Assembly: GCA_027482685.1 (NCBI GenBank) | Contig: JAIXVU010000002.1 | Location: forward strand, 19,352-83,351 | Reading direction: 5' to 3' | DNA from: a bacterium | GTDB lineage: Bacteria; Patescibacteriota; Minisyncoccia; Phycocordibacterales; UBA5272 | Length of the DNA: 64,000 bases | Shown: positions 20,638 to 29,350 of the stretch, piece after piece | Layout: the number at the start of each line of letters is the position of its first letter | Position numbering within the stretch: the first letter of the stretch is position 1 | Program-made: the position numbers and the translations under genes | Notes under the pieces: generated by a model | What the model was told of the DNA's origin: nothing | Seen by the model: the letters and a program-made list of their open reading frames with translations, nothing else | The model's database searches: none

Positions 20638-21519
20638 ATGATAGTTATTAAAATTCAAGGAGGTTTAGGTAATCAATTATTACAATACAGTATAGGACAG
20701 GTATTGGCGACTAATTATCATAAAGAAGTTGCCTACGACCTTAGTTTTTTTGATGCAGACACTAAGTACACTAAACGACCTTATTTACTAGATCTTTTTA
20801 ACTTCACTGTCCGTAAAGCAACGCAAGAAGAAATAAAAAAAGCAAAATATCCATATGGAATAATATCAAAAGTTTTCGTTATGATAAAAAAAATACTTAA
20901 CAAGTATTTTTTTAAAAAATATTATATTGGATATGATAAAAATTTTTTACCGCGTGTAATAAAAGCTGATTATTTATATTTAGAAGGTTTTTGGCAAGGG
21001 TATAAGTACTACGAAAAAAATCTTAAACAGCTTAATGAGCTCATTAAGCTCAAAGACATGACACAGGTAGAAGCTTTTAAGCATCAGATAATTTTCAATG
21101 AAGAGTCTTCGGTCTCAGTTCATATTAGACGTGGAGATTTTCTTAAGAAAAACGCAGGGACAAAAGCTGTGCCCAAAGAATATTATATGCGTGCGGTTCC
21201 ATTGTTAGAAAAGAAAATTCTAAACCCTACATATTATGTTTTCTCTGATGATATTGAGTGGGTTAAGCAAGAGATGAAGACTCTTTTTAGAGAAGGGGTT
21301 AATGCCGTTTTTGTATCTTCGTACAATCTCCCAGACTATCAAGAGTTCATGCTTATAAATAACTGCAGGCATGCTATTTTATCAAACTCTACGTTTTGCT
21401 GGTACTCAACGCTTTTGACAGACTCAGAAGAAAAGGTTGTTATATTCCCAAATAATTGGGAAAACGAATATCTAAATAAAGATCCCAATATTTGCCCACC
21501 ACATTGGATCGGCGCATAG
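20638..21519 (+). CDS. GT11 alpha-1,2-fucosyltransferase family
   Basis: GGLGNQL, GFWQ, HIRRGDF, FSDDIEW and NSTF. Confidence 0.9.
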   Translation: MIVIKIQGGLGNQLLQYSIGQVLATNYHKEVAYDLSFFDADTKYTKRPYLLDLFNFTVRKATQEEIKKAKYPYGIISKVFVMIKKILNKYFFKKYYIGYDKNFLPRVIKADYLYLEGFWQGYKYYEKNLKQLNELIKLKDMTQVEAFKHQIIFNEESSVSVHIRRGDFLKKNAGTKAVPKEYYMRAVPLLEKKILNPTYYVFSDDIEWVKQEMKTLFREGVNAVFVSSYNLPDYQEFMLINNCRHAILSNSTFCWYSTLLTDSEEKVVIFPNNWENEYLNKDPNICPPHWIGA

Positions 21520-21585
21520 CTATCAGATTAGGAAAACTATGCTACACTAGCGATATTATTATAAAAACAGTTTTAGCTAAAACGT

Positions 21586-23826
21586 ATGCAAAGCATTATT
21601 AAAAAAATTGTGTGGGTATGTCTTGGTATCATTCCTTTTACCGCTCTCTATGTTGCGAGTGGACAAGGGTTAGACATCTTTAGTCTTGGTCAATCAGGAA
21701 TGTATTTCCCTTTTATCTCAGGTAAGAACTTCATGTTCCGCATCTTAGTTGAGATTGCACTTGCGGGATGGATTCTTCTTGCGCTTCGTGACGCGTCATA
21801 CAGAATCAATATCAAGAAATCTCCGCTTATCATTGCATACGGATTATTTATTACTGTACTCTTCTTTGCAAATATTTTCGGTGTAGATGTACAAAAGAGT
21901 ATGTGGAGTAACTTTGAACGCATGGAAGGATTCGTGGGGCACGCTCATCTCTTTATATACTTTATTGTTCTTTCTGGAATGCTTGCAAGTGTTCGTGATT
22001 GGACAAGAATGTTTAAGATATTCGTTGCTTCTAATATTCTCATCACTCTCTATGCTGCTGGGCAACTATTTGGATCGCCTGCGTACGCTTTTTCTAAATT
22101 CTTTCCGACGGCAGGGGCGTGGTTTGCAGCTAATTTCCCTATTAGTGTTGGTGCGACTCGACTTGATGCGACACTTGGTAACTCAGCATACTATGCTATT
22201 TATGCGATGATGTTTGTGTTTATCTGTGCATTGCTTTGGGTCCAGTCTGGAAATCTTAAGAGATCTTGGGGCTACCCACTTCTAGCTCTTGTTAACATTA
22301 TAGGACTTTTCTACAGTGGTACACGCGGGACAATGATTGGTGTTTTGGTTGGAGGTTTTGTAACGCTAGGAATTATTGCAATTAAAGAGAAAGGAAAAGT
22401 TCGTACGTATGTTGCAGGCACCCTTATTGCACTTGTAATTGCTGTTGCCTCTATTTTCGCTTTCAAAAATACTGCTTTCATTCAGAACTCACCAACGCTT
22501 TCTCGTCTAGCAAGTATTTCTCCAAACGATATAACAGGTGCAAGTCGTATCTCAATGTGGCAGATAAGCTACGATGCATGGCTAGAACGTCCAGTACTTG
22601 GTTATGGACAAGAAAACTTTAGTTATATTTTTGCTCGTAAATTCATTCCAGAAAAAATGTCTAATCTTGAGCCATGGTATGACAGATCACACAACGTGTT
22701 CTTCGACTGGCTAACAGCTGCAGGGGCACTTGGTCTTCTTACATATCTCTCGCTCTACGTTTTAGCTTTCTGGATGATGTGGAGGAAGAAGAACGATCTA
22801 ACTCTTCGTGAGAAAGCTATCCTCTCTGGACTTATAGTTGGATATTTCATCCATAACATATTTGTGTTCGATAATCTTATTAGTTATGTACTATTTGCTC
22901 TTATCCTTGCATATATCGGTATTCGTACAAGCATCACCCACTCACACTCAGTTACACGAGGGACGCTTGTTTCAGATGAGAATCTCAAGCTTCTCTATGC
23001 GCCAGTTGTTGTCATACTTCTAGTTGTTACGCAGTACTATGTTAACTATCAACCACTTCTAGTAAACAAACTTATCCTTCAAGCAATGGATGCTAATCGC
23101 CTCGCCGAGAAGATGCCTATTCCAGAAGTTATTAAAACCCAAAATTCACTCTTTAACCAAGCTCTAGAGCTTAACACTCTGGGTAGTTTAGAAGCTAGAG
23201 AGCAGTATCTTCAGACAGTGCTTCGAATGTCTCAGTTATCGATCCCGCCAACAGTTAGCGCAGAAGAAAAGAAAGCATTAACAGATGCATTAAACGCTAT
23301 GATTGAGTCTGCTCGTACTAATATTACGGCTACCTACGATACCTACAAAGACGATGTTCGCATGCTCTCAATTTACGGGCTCTTCTATAGCGGTATAGGA
23401 GACCCAGTATCTGCAGAAAAGGTTCTGCTTGATGCAAACAAGCTTGCACCTAAGAAGCAGTTGATCACCTTTGATCTAATCCGTTCTTACTTACTTCAAC
23501 AAAAGTTAGCAGAGGCATATGCTCTAGGTAAAGAAACATTTGAGATTGCTCCTAACTATGCACCAGCTACAAAATGGTATCTTTTAACCGCTTTGTATGT
23601 TGGTGAGTACAAGGCCGCAAGTGAAAATGTGGCAGCAAAGACAGGGTCTATTCCTTTTGATGAGGACGTGTTAAACGCAGCAGTCGGACTTGGACAAACT
23701 CAAGTTGCGGTTGCGATGTTAAATGATCTTAAGAAATCACGCCCAGAGCTTGCTGCTCAAGTTGATGCATTCATCAAACAAATAGTTGCCAACCCTCGTC
23801 CAGTAGTTGCAGTACCTAAGAAATAG
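21586..23826 (+). CDS. O-antigen ligase/O-oligosaccharyltransferase family protein with C-terminal TPR-like region
   Basis: Multi-TM protein with ATLGN, TRG, SRISMW, RPVLGYG and DRSHN. Confidence 0.85.
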   Translation: MQSIIKKIVWVCLGIIPFTALYVASGQGLDIFSLGQSGMYFPFISGKNFMFRILVEIALAGWILLALRDASYRINIKKSPLIIAYGLFITVLFFANIFGVDVQKSMWSNFERMEGFVGHAHLFIYFIVLSGMLASVRDWTRMFKIFVASNILITLYAAGQLFGSPAYAFSKFFPTAGAWFAANFPISVGATRLDATLGNSAYYAIYAMMFVFICALLWVQSGNLKRSWGYPLLALVNIIGLFYSGTRGTMIGVLVGGFVTLGIIAIKEKGKVRTYVAGTLIALVIAVASIFAFKNTAFIQNSPTLSRLASISPNDITGASRISMWQISYDAWLERPVLGYGQENFSYIFARKFIPEKMSNLEPWYDRSHNVFFDWLTAAGALGLLTYLSLYVLAFWMMWRKKNDLTLREKAILSGLIVGYFIHNIFVFDNLISYVLFALILAYIGIRTSITHSHSVTRGTLVSDENLKLLYAPVVVILLVVTQYYVNYQPLLVNKLILQAMDANRLAEKMPIPEVIKTQNSLFNQALELNTLGSLEAREQYLQTVLRMSQLSIPPTVSAEEKKALTDALNAMIESARTNITATYDTYKDDVRMLSIYGLFYSGIGDPVSAEKVLLDANKLAPKKQLITFDLIRSYLLQQKLAEAYALGKETFEIAPNYAPATKWYLLTALYVGEYKAASENVAAKTGSIPFDEDVLNAAVGLGQTQVAVAMLNDLKKSRPELAAQVDAFIKQIVANPRPVVAVPKK

Positions 23827-23841
23827 CTTTATACTAGTCTA

Positions 23842-24043
23842 GTGAGTGCCTATTGGCATGTTCACAAGATAGATGAATGCCTGCGCAAAGAGTCACCTCA
23901 CGGTGGCTCTTTACGTTTTTGGATATTTTGCATTTGATAAGCAAAAGTTGTACACTTATAAACGTCGGTAGAACACTTGCAAGTAATTGCGGTGAGCGAC
24001 CGCGCTCACATAAGGCATTTATCTTGGAGCATGCCACGCTCAC
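23842..24043 (+). ncRNA. Candidate ~200-nt structured ncRNA (rod with branched apex)
   Basis: Four stacked helices pair 23842-23882 with 24013-24043; internal hairpins; TATACT at 23830-35 just upstream. Confidence 0.5.
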
Positions 24044-24087
24044 CACAATTGTGTGTGAAGTGGTGCGTATCGCGATACATGGTGAGA

Positions 24088-24120
24088 ACTAAAAGCGACG
24101 CCGTAGGCGTCGCTTTTAGT
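24088..24120. repeat. GC palindrome with CC-GTA-GG core (REP-like/terminator)
   Basis: ACTAAAAGCGACGCC-GTA-GGCGTCGCTTTTAGT; near-identical copy at 44246-44278. Confidence 0.8.
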
Positions 24121-24154
24121 ATTCTACATCGACACTAGTCTTATTTATACACCT

Positions 24155-25336
24155 CTAACTCTCCTCAATTGACCATGATCCACGAGCTGCTAACTTAGCT
24201 CTCGGTTCTTCTCCTACATCTAAATGCATAAGCCCAGTGGAAGCAATCATAAGAGCATTATCTGTCGAAAGTTTCCTGTCAGGAATGTACAGTGTGAAGC
24301 CTTCAGCGGTAGCTAGCTCTTGTAAAGCAAATCTAATATGTGTATTAGCGCTTACTCCACCACCTACAATGAGACTTTTTGCACGTGTCTCGTACATTGC
24401 CTGCTTTACTTTTGCCACAATCACATCAGTGATAGCATTCTCAAATTCAAGTGCGAGCATTCTTCTGGTTATGTCATCAAGCGGTTTGTTCTTCTGTATG
24501 CGTGTAAGTACTGCAGTTTTGAGTCCACTGCATGAGAAGTTAAGGTCACCACTGTGTAGCATCGGGCGAGGGAGTCGCAAGTCATCACGAACAACCAGCC
24601 CTTCTTTACGTGCATATTCAGCAAGTCTAGATATCTCAGGTCCTCCAGGGTAAGGGAGATCCATCATGCGCGCAGCTTTATCAAATGCTTCACCAACTGC
24701 ATCATCTCTAGTTTTACCTATAACAGTGTATGAACGTAATTTAGCTATTCGAACTATCTCAGTATGTCCGCCAGAGATAAGTAACGCACAAGCTGGAAAC
24801 TCTATATCTTGTAGTTCATAGAGACCATCTTTTTCCTGTAAGATACTTGCCATCACATGGCCTTCCATATGATTGATTGGGTAGATAGGAATATCCCACG
24901 CGGTACGTAGTGCTTGTGCAGCTGTAATACCTATCCACAACGCTGGTTCGAGTCCTGGGCCTTCTGTTACAGCTATTGCATCAACAAGAGGCTTTTGTAT
25001 GCCCTCAAAGAGCGTATTCATTGCTTGTAGCATCTCTGGCTCACGCTCAAGTAAGGTCTCTAATTTTTTACGTTTTGCATGAGGAAGATGAAATGTATTA
25101 GTTCGTTCAACAAGAAGTTCAGCTTCGCCAAGAGCTTCTGCTATGAGTTGAGTAATGGCCTTTGCATGTTCGCGCTTAGCTAGCATTGGGAATACTCCAC
25201 CATACTGTGCATGGAGATCAATCTGTGAGAGCACTTTGTGAGAAAGCACCTCAAAGCGTACTTGCTTACCTCGAGCTCTTTTGATTATAGATATAGCTGT
25301 TTCATCACAGCTGGTTTCAATTGCAAGTAGTATCAT
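24155..25336 (-). CDS. tsaD: tRNA N6-threonylcarbamoyltransferase
   Basis: AIETSCDET, YGGVFP, NHMEGH, LISGGHT, DDAVGEAFDK and TDNA. Confidence 0.95.
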   Translation of the reverse strand: MILLAIETSCDETAISIIKRARGKQVRFEVLSHKVLSQIDLHAQYGGVFPMLAKREHAKAITQLIAEALGEAELLVERTNTFHLPHAKRKKLETLLEREPEMLQAMNTLFEGIQKPLVDAIAVTEGPGLEPALWIGITAAQALRTAWDIPIYPINHMEGHVMASILQEKDGLYELQDIEFPACALLISGGHTEIVRIAKLRSYTVIGKTRDDAVGEAFDKAARMMDLPYPGGPEISRLAEYARKEGLVVRDDLRLPRPMLHSGDLNFSCSGLKTAVLTRIQKNKPLDDITRRMLALEFENAITDVIVAKVKQAMYETRAKSLIVGGGVSANTHIRFALQELATAEGFTLYIPDRKLSTDNALMIASTGLMHLDVGEEPRAKLAARGSWSIEES

Positions 25337-25382
25337 GAAATAAAGTATACCAAAAAAAGCTTATAATGTAAGGCTAAATTAC

Positions 25383-26423
25383 TTAGCGTTTCGGTAAAAT
25401 ATTATTAATATTTTGCACGAGTCCTTGTGTCTCATAATTTCCAACCGAAAGCCATGTAGGTAGTCCAAGTACACAAAGTCCAGATGTATCCTTTGCGAGA
25501 GCTATACCTCCTGAGTTACCGTTGTCTATTTTTGCAGAGACGAAGTAGTTACCATCACCAGCTTGAGATGTATCATATCCTGAGATGATACCATTTGTTA
25601 CTGTTCTATAGACAACATTAAATGTACCAAGTCCTTCTATGGTTATTTTACTATCACGTTTAGCATATGCTGGGAATCCTATAATAACAATTGGCGTACC
25701 AACAGGCATGAGAGATATACATTTTTTAATTTTCGGTATGCTGTAGTTATAGTTTGCAACGGGTAATGTATCAGATGTAAGTGATGAACCGATACTAAGC
25801 ACAGCAGAATCTGTTAATTGATTGTAACTATATACTGACCCCCGAATAGAGAATAATCCTATCGTTTTATTAGAATCATTAGTGATAGATGTTATACAGG
25901 TAGCACCGTCTTTTACAACATGGCGATTAGTTAAGATAGCATATGGGACATCAGGAAAATTATACAGCGCACCACTTCCGCTTGATATACTACCATCAGT
26001 ATTTTTACAAATAACCTGAACAATACCCGTTGTATATGGAGTAAGATCAGTTGATGAAATAACTATCTCTTTAGGTTTATTGGTTTCTTCTGTTATTTTT
26101 TGGCTTAAGACTTGAACATCTTTACTTGTTTTTGCAGCGAGGTCCGCTTGTAGAGCAGCATTACTTTTTGCTTGAGCTAGTTCGGTTTGTGCACGCATAA
26201 GAGCATCTTGTTGTTCGCGAAGTAGTTCTGCGGTTTTCTTTTCTTGAAGTTCTTTTTCACGAGCTTGGGCTTCTACTAATTGCTTCTGCAGTTCTTCAGT
26301 ATTAGATATTTTTGTATATAAGGTAAAAGAAACTGCTCCAAGTAATACGAGCAAGATAAGAATAACCCCAAACGCAACAAGGATGAATCTCCATGTAAAT
26401 GAAAGGGTGATACGTGTACGCAT
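25383..26423 (-). CDS. Membrane-anchored trypsin-like serine protease with coiled coil
   Basis: TM helix, coiled coil, LTNRHV (His) and GNSGG (Ser); start moved to MRTRI to avoid overlapping rlmH. Confidence 0.8.
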   Translation of the reverse strand: MRTRITLSFTWRFILVAFGVILILLVLLGAVSFTLYTKISNTEELQKQLVEAQAREKELQEKKTAELLREQQDALMRAQTELAQAKSNAALQADLAAKTSKDVQVLSQKITEETNKPKEIVISSTDLTPYTTGIVQVICKNTDGSISSGSGALYNFPDVPYAILTNRHVVKDGATCITSITNDSNKTIGLFSIRGSVYSYNQLTDSAVLSIGSSLTSDTLPVANYNYSIPKIKKCISLMPVGTPIVIIGFPAYAKRDSKITIEGLGTFNVVYRTVTNGIISGYDTSQAGDGNYFVSAKIDNGNSGGIALAKDTSGLCVLGLPTWLSVGNYETQGLVQNINNILPKR

Positions 26424-26462
26424 AGTTGCTAAATACGGCTTTATATCGTACAGTGTATCATA

Positions 26463-26909
26463 ATGAAAATCATTATTATGACTGTTGGAAAAGACCGAGA
26501 TGATGTAACTGAGGATGCTGTGAAGCATTTTGCTATTCGTCTGATGAGATATCTTCCGCTTGAATGGGTCTACATTGAGCATAGTCAAACAAAAGAGAAA
26601 GAAGGGGAGAAAATACTCTCGTCAATAAAAAAAGAAGACTATGTTGTATTACTTGATGAAAGGGGCCAAGATATGAAAAGTGAGCAACTCGCTGAGCTTG
26701 TAGAAAATCGTATGGTGGACTCTGTGAAGCGTATGGTGTTTGTAGTCGGAGGCGCCTACGGCGCCTCCGACTCCGTCCACCTCCGTGCTAACTACACATG
26801 GAAGCTCTCATCACTAGTATTCCCACATATGCTTGTACGAGTTATCCTGGTTGAACAGCTCTATCGTGCCATGACGATATTGAAAGGCGAGAAGTATCAC
26901 CACGAGTAA
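26463..26909 (+). CDS. rlmH: 23S rRNA m3Psi1915 methyltransferase
   Basis: LDERG, FVVGGAYG, FPHMLVR, EQLYRA and YHHE. Confidence 0.95.
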   Translation: MKIIIMTVGKDRDDVTEDAVKHFAIRLMRYLPLEWVYIEHSQTKEKEGEKILSSIKKEDYVVLLDERGQDMKSEQLAELVENRMVDSVKRMVFVVGGAYGASDSVHLRANYTWKLSSLVFPHMLVRVILVEQLYRAMTILKGEKYHHE

Positions 26910-26944
26910 CTTTAGCGCCTATCTGCTTAGAAGGTAGCATGTTC

Positions 26945-27457
26945 TTAATTATTCATCATGATATAGAAGCCAAGAACACTTGCGATACAGAGCCAAATGA
27001 TGAGAGTGCTGAATGTGAGCGTGATAGATCTGCTAGATGTAAGTGTCTTTATGAATGGTTGCTCTTTTGTGTCTAGTTTGTATGCATAGTACATACTCGC
27101 AATTGTAAGAAGTAACATCGAAAATGTTGGCCAGAAGAACATAGCAGGAATGCCAGTACCAAATGAGAGCCATTGGAATACTGCGTAGTTGATCCATGAA
27201 ATAATCTGGAGACGTATGAGCATGGTACGAGCATGTGATACAGGCGAGTTGAGTGTCCAGATATTCCCGATGAGTACAAGAATATTGTTGATGGTCCACG
27301 CAACACCGAATACCCATGTAGCAGGTGCCCATGATGGGAGGTTGAGTATGCTATACACCGCCTTGATATCTACAAAGAGGGTAATACCATATCCTGCGAT
27401 GAGGTTGATGAGTATATAGAAGATAATCGCTTGCCAGTAATGATAGTGTTTGTGCAT
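26945..27457 (-). CDS. TspO/MBR family membrane protein
   Basis: LNLPSWAPATWVFGVAWT motif; five TM segments. Confidence 0.8.
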   Translation of the reverse strand: MHKHYHYWQAIIFYILINLIAGYGITLFVDIKAVYSILNLPSWAPATWVFGVAWTINNILVLIGNIWTLNSPVSHARTMLIRLQIISWINYAVFQWLSFGTGIPAMFFWPTFSMLLLTIASMYYAYKLDTKEQPFIKTLTSSRSITLTFSTLIIWLCIASVLGFYIMMNN

Positions 27458-27494
27458 AGGTACAGTGTAGCACTGTAACTGAGAGTATCCTCAT

Positions 27495-27644
27495 TTATTT
27501 TCGCTTCTTTGGTGTGGCCAGTTTTCTACATTTACTACTACAGAATTTTATAGTTTCCCAGTCCTCACGTTCTTGGAAACTTTTTATCGTGTTTAGATTG
27601 ATTCTGCAGATGGTGCATTTCTTATCGGCTTTTTGGGTGGACAT
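27495..27644 (-). CDS. DUF2256-like small Zn-binding protein (49 aa)
   Basis: Hand translation MSTQKADKKCTICR...DWETIKFCSSKCRK (CxxC...W...FCSxxC); not in the ORF track. Confidence 0.7.
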   Translation of the reverse strand: MSTQKADKKCTICRINLNTIKSFQEREDWETIKFCSSKCRKLATPKKRK

Positions 27645-27691
27645 AGGGGAATAATTAATTAAGGTTAGTATAACATTTTATGTAAGAGAGT

Positions 27692-27866
27692 ATGACCCCT
27701 ACGGGTCGCTACGTTTTACTACGCTCCTTGAGAACCCACGGTTCTCAACGTTCGTTGGTACACTCACTGCTCTCCTCTACGGAAAACTCTCGTTTTCCGA
27801 CCCTTTCCAATTCCGTGGGGTCATGAAATTAAAAGCACCATCATAATGATGGTGCTTTTAATTTCA
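27692..27866 (-). repeat. tRNA-Glu 3' trailer element (palindrome, antisense tRNA end, hairpins, direct copy of tRNA end)
   Basis: 33-bp perfect arms 27812-44/27846-78; distal ATGACCCCTACGG at 27692-27704. Confidence 0.75.
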
Positions 27867-27938
27867 TGACCCCACGGAGAGTCGAACTCCGCTTACCGGC
27901 ATGAAAAGCCGGTGTCCTAACCGATAGACGATGGGGCC
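27867..27938 (-). tRNA. tRNA-Glu(TTC), CCA not encoded
   Basis: GGCCCCA/TGGGGTC acceptor, CCGGC-TTTTCAT-GCCGG anticodon arm, GTTCGAC T-loop. Confidence 0.95.
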
Positions 27939-28207
27939 CTATAATTCGCTTTGCGAATTCGGGCGACTATTTGCAATTAGCCCAAGCAAATAGTTTAGCA
28001 GTCCGTTGCTACTTTATAGACTAAAGTGCAGATACAATACTACCACATATTTTGTTATTTTGGAAGAGGTTTAGCGTTGCCTTTGTCTCTACTCTCATGT
28101 ATTATGTGTCAGGTGGTTCTTTTGTTTCTTAATACAATAACTAGATACGGTATAAGGTAATTCTTATCTATCTAGTAACATGGTCGCCTGTAAAATGTCG
28201 ACCAGAA

Positions 28208-28283
28208 GGGCGGTTAGCTCAGTTGGTAGAGCGCCACATTGACGTTGTGGATGTCAGAGGTTCGACTCCTCTATCGCCCACCA
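28208..28283 (+). tRNA. tRNA-Val(GAC), CCA encoded
   Basis: GGGCGGT/ATCGCCC acceptor, CCACA-TTGACGT-TGTGG anticodon arm, GGTTCGAC. Confidence 0.95.
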
Positions 28284-28523
28284 AAATTAAAATCTCACAT
28301 ATCGTACGGTATGTGAGATTTTAATTTTGGTGGGCGATAAGAAAGACGCTTGGGCGTCTTTCGTGAGGAGTCGAACGAAAAAGCGGTCTACGAAAGTGAA
28401 CTGCAAAAATTGGATACAGTATTTTTGCGGTTCATTTTTGTCGCTTTTTATCGGGGTCGCGACTAGGAGATTTTGTTTGAGTCCAATGGAAGAAAAAGAA
28501 AATCCCTAGTGGTGACCGACTCC
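28284..28523 (+). repeat. tRNA-Val 3' trailer element
   Basis: Hairpin, TGGTGGGCGATA 28328-39, 25-nt insert, GAGGAGTCGAAC 28365-76, GGGGTCGCGA..GTGACCGA, CGACTCC. Confidence 0.75.
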
Positions 28524-28680
28524 GCCTCAATTGCCTCGTTTCCGTGAAGGAGTCAGCTTTACTTTATACAAGATGATTGATATATAAGGTTTTAAATTGA
28601 CATTGACAAAATATGAATTTAGTGTACACTATATATGTTAGCTCATGATGAACCAGTTGCAGTTCTTTTGAAAGGTCTTT

Positions 28681-29041
28681 ATGACTCGCAGCAGCTTCGA
28701 TGATGTGCACCTTGAAACAGATGCACATTTCAACGATCTTGGGCCACAAGGAGAAAAGGCTCTCGGTTTGGTGGTAGGGTTGATGCCTCACTTCGGTGCC
28801 GGCCACCCTGACCTTCTCCGCAAGAGAATGCTCTTTCGAACTCTTGGTGCTCAGTCTGGCCACTCAAGATCCCTTGAGGGGTGTTCTGACAAGCCATGAC
28901 CCGAAGTCACTTCCTTCGAAGGCGCTCTACTTCCTCGGCCTTTATAAGAGGGCTGTGGAATCGAATGTCGATGACATCGGAGTGCTGTGCGAAATAGTGA
29001 CCAAGGACGACGATAGGCTTCGCACTTATTTGTTTCGCTAG
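28681..29041 (+). pseudogene. GC-rich orphan split by a +1 frameshift (~119 aa if joined)
   Basis: Two overlapping ORFs join at CTC-TTT-CGA 28831-39; TTGACA-16-TACACT promoter. Confidence 0.5.
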
Positions 29042-29186
29042 GCAACAAGTTGGTGCTTCATTGAGCAGTGCTTTACGGGCAGGTCGAAAGACCTGCTCGT
29101 TTTCTATTTCAAAACCTTCCCCCCTTTTCAACTACTCGCTAAACTTAATAATATACTCTAAAAATATATTTAATTTCTCATAATCT

Positions 29187-29317
29187 GGTTCGATGTGTAT
29201 CCTCGATTCCCCACCAGATACAAAATGGCGAAGTCGTATGACTTCGAATTTTTTTATTTGGCGGGCGATAAAAAAGACGCTTAGGCGTCTTTTTTGAGTA
29301 GTTGAATAAGAGACTCC
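29187..29317 (+). repeat. Degenerate copy of tRNA-Val 3' end plus trailer (attR-like)
   Basis: GGTTCGA...CCCCACCA 29187-216; TGGCGGGCGATA-AAAAAGACGCTTAGGCGTCTTTTTT-GAGTAGTTGAAT 29259-307. Confidence 0.7.
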
Positions 29318-29350
29318 TTTGTTATTAATTACAAGTGATATAATTAACAT

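Noticed and set aside
23834-24092. 70-71 aa ORFs on either strand
   Set aside because: No recognisable motifs or start signals; the extensive base-pairing fits an RNA better.
24980-25150. ~50-aa insertion in TsaD as a possible intein
   Set aside because: No Cys/Ser start or His-Asn end motif; looks like a lineage-specific helical insert.
26424-26588. N-terminal extension of the protease overlapping rlmH head-to-head
   Set aside because: The downstream ATG at 26423 gives a normal TM N-terminus and removes the overlap.
28327-28509. Short ORFs inside tRNA trailer and hairpin elements (also 61589-61846, 40031-40312, 49235-49521)
   Set aside because: They overlap structured repeats and have no coding signals; likely spurious.
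29187-29216. Fourth tRNA gene
   Set aside because: Only a degenerate T-loop/acceptor 3' fragment; no D or anticodon arm.
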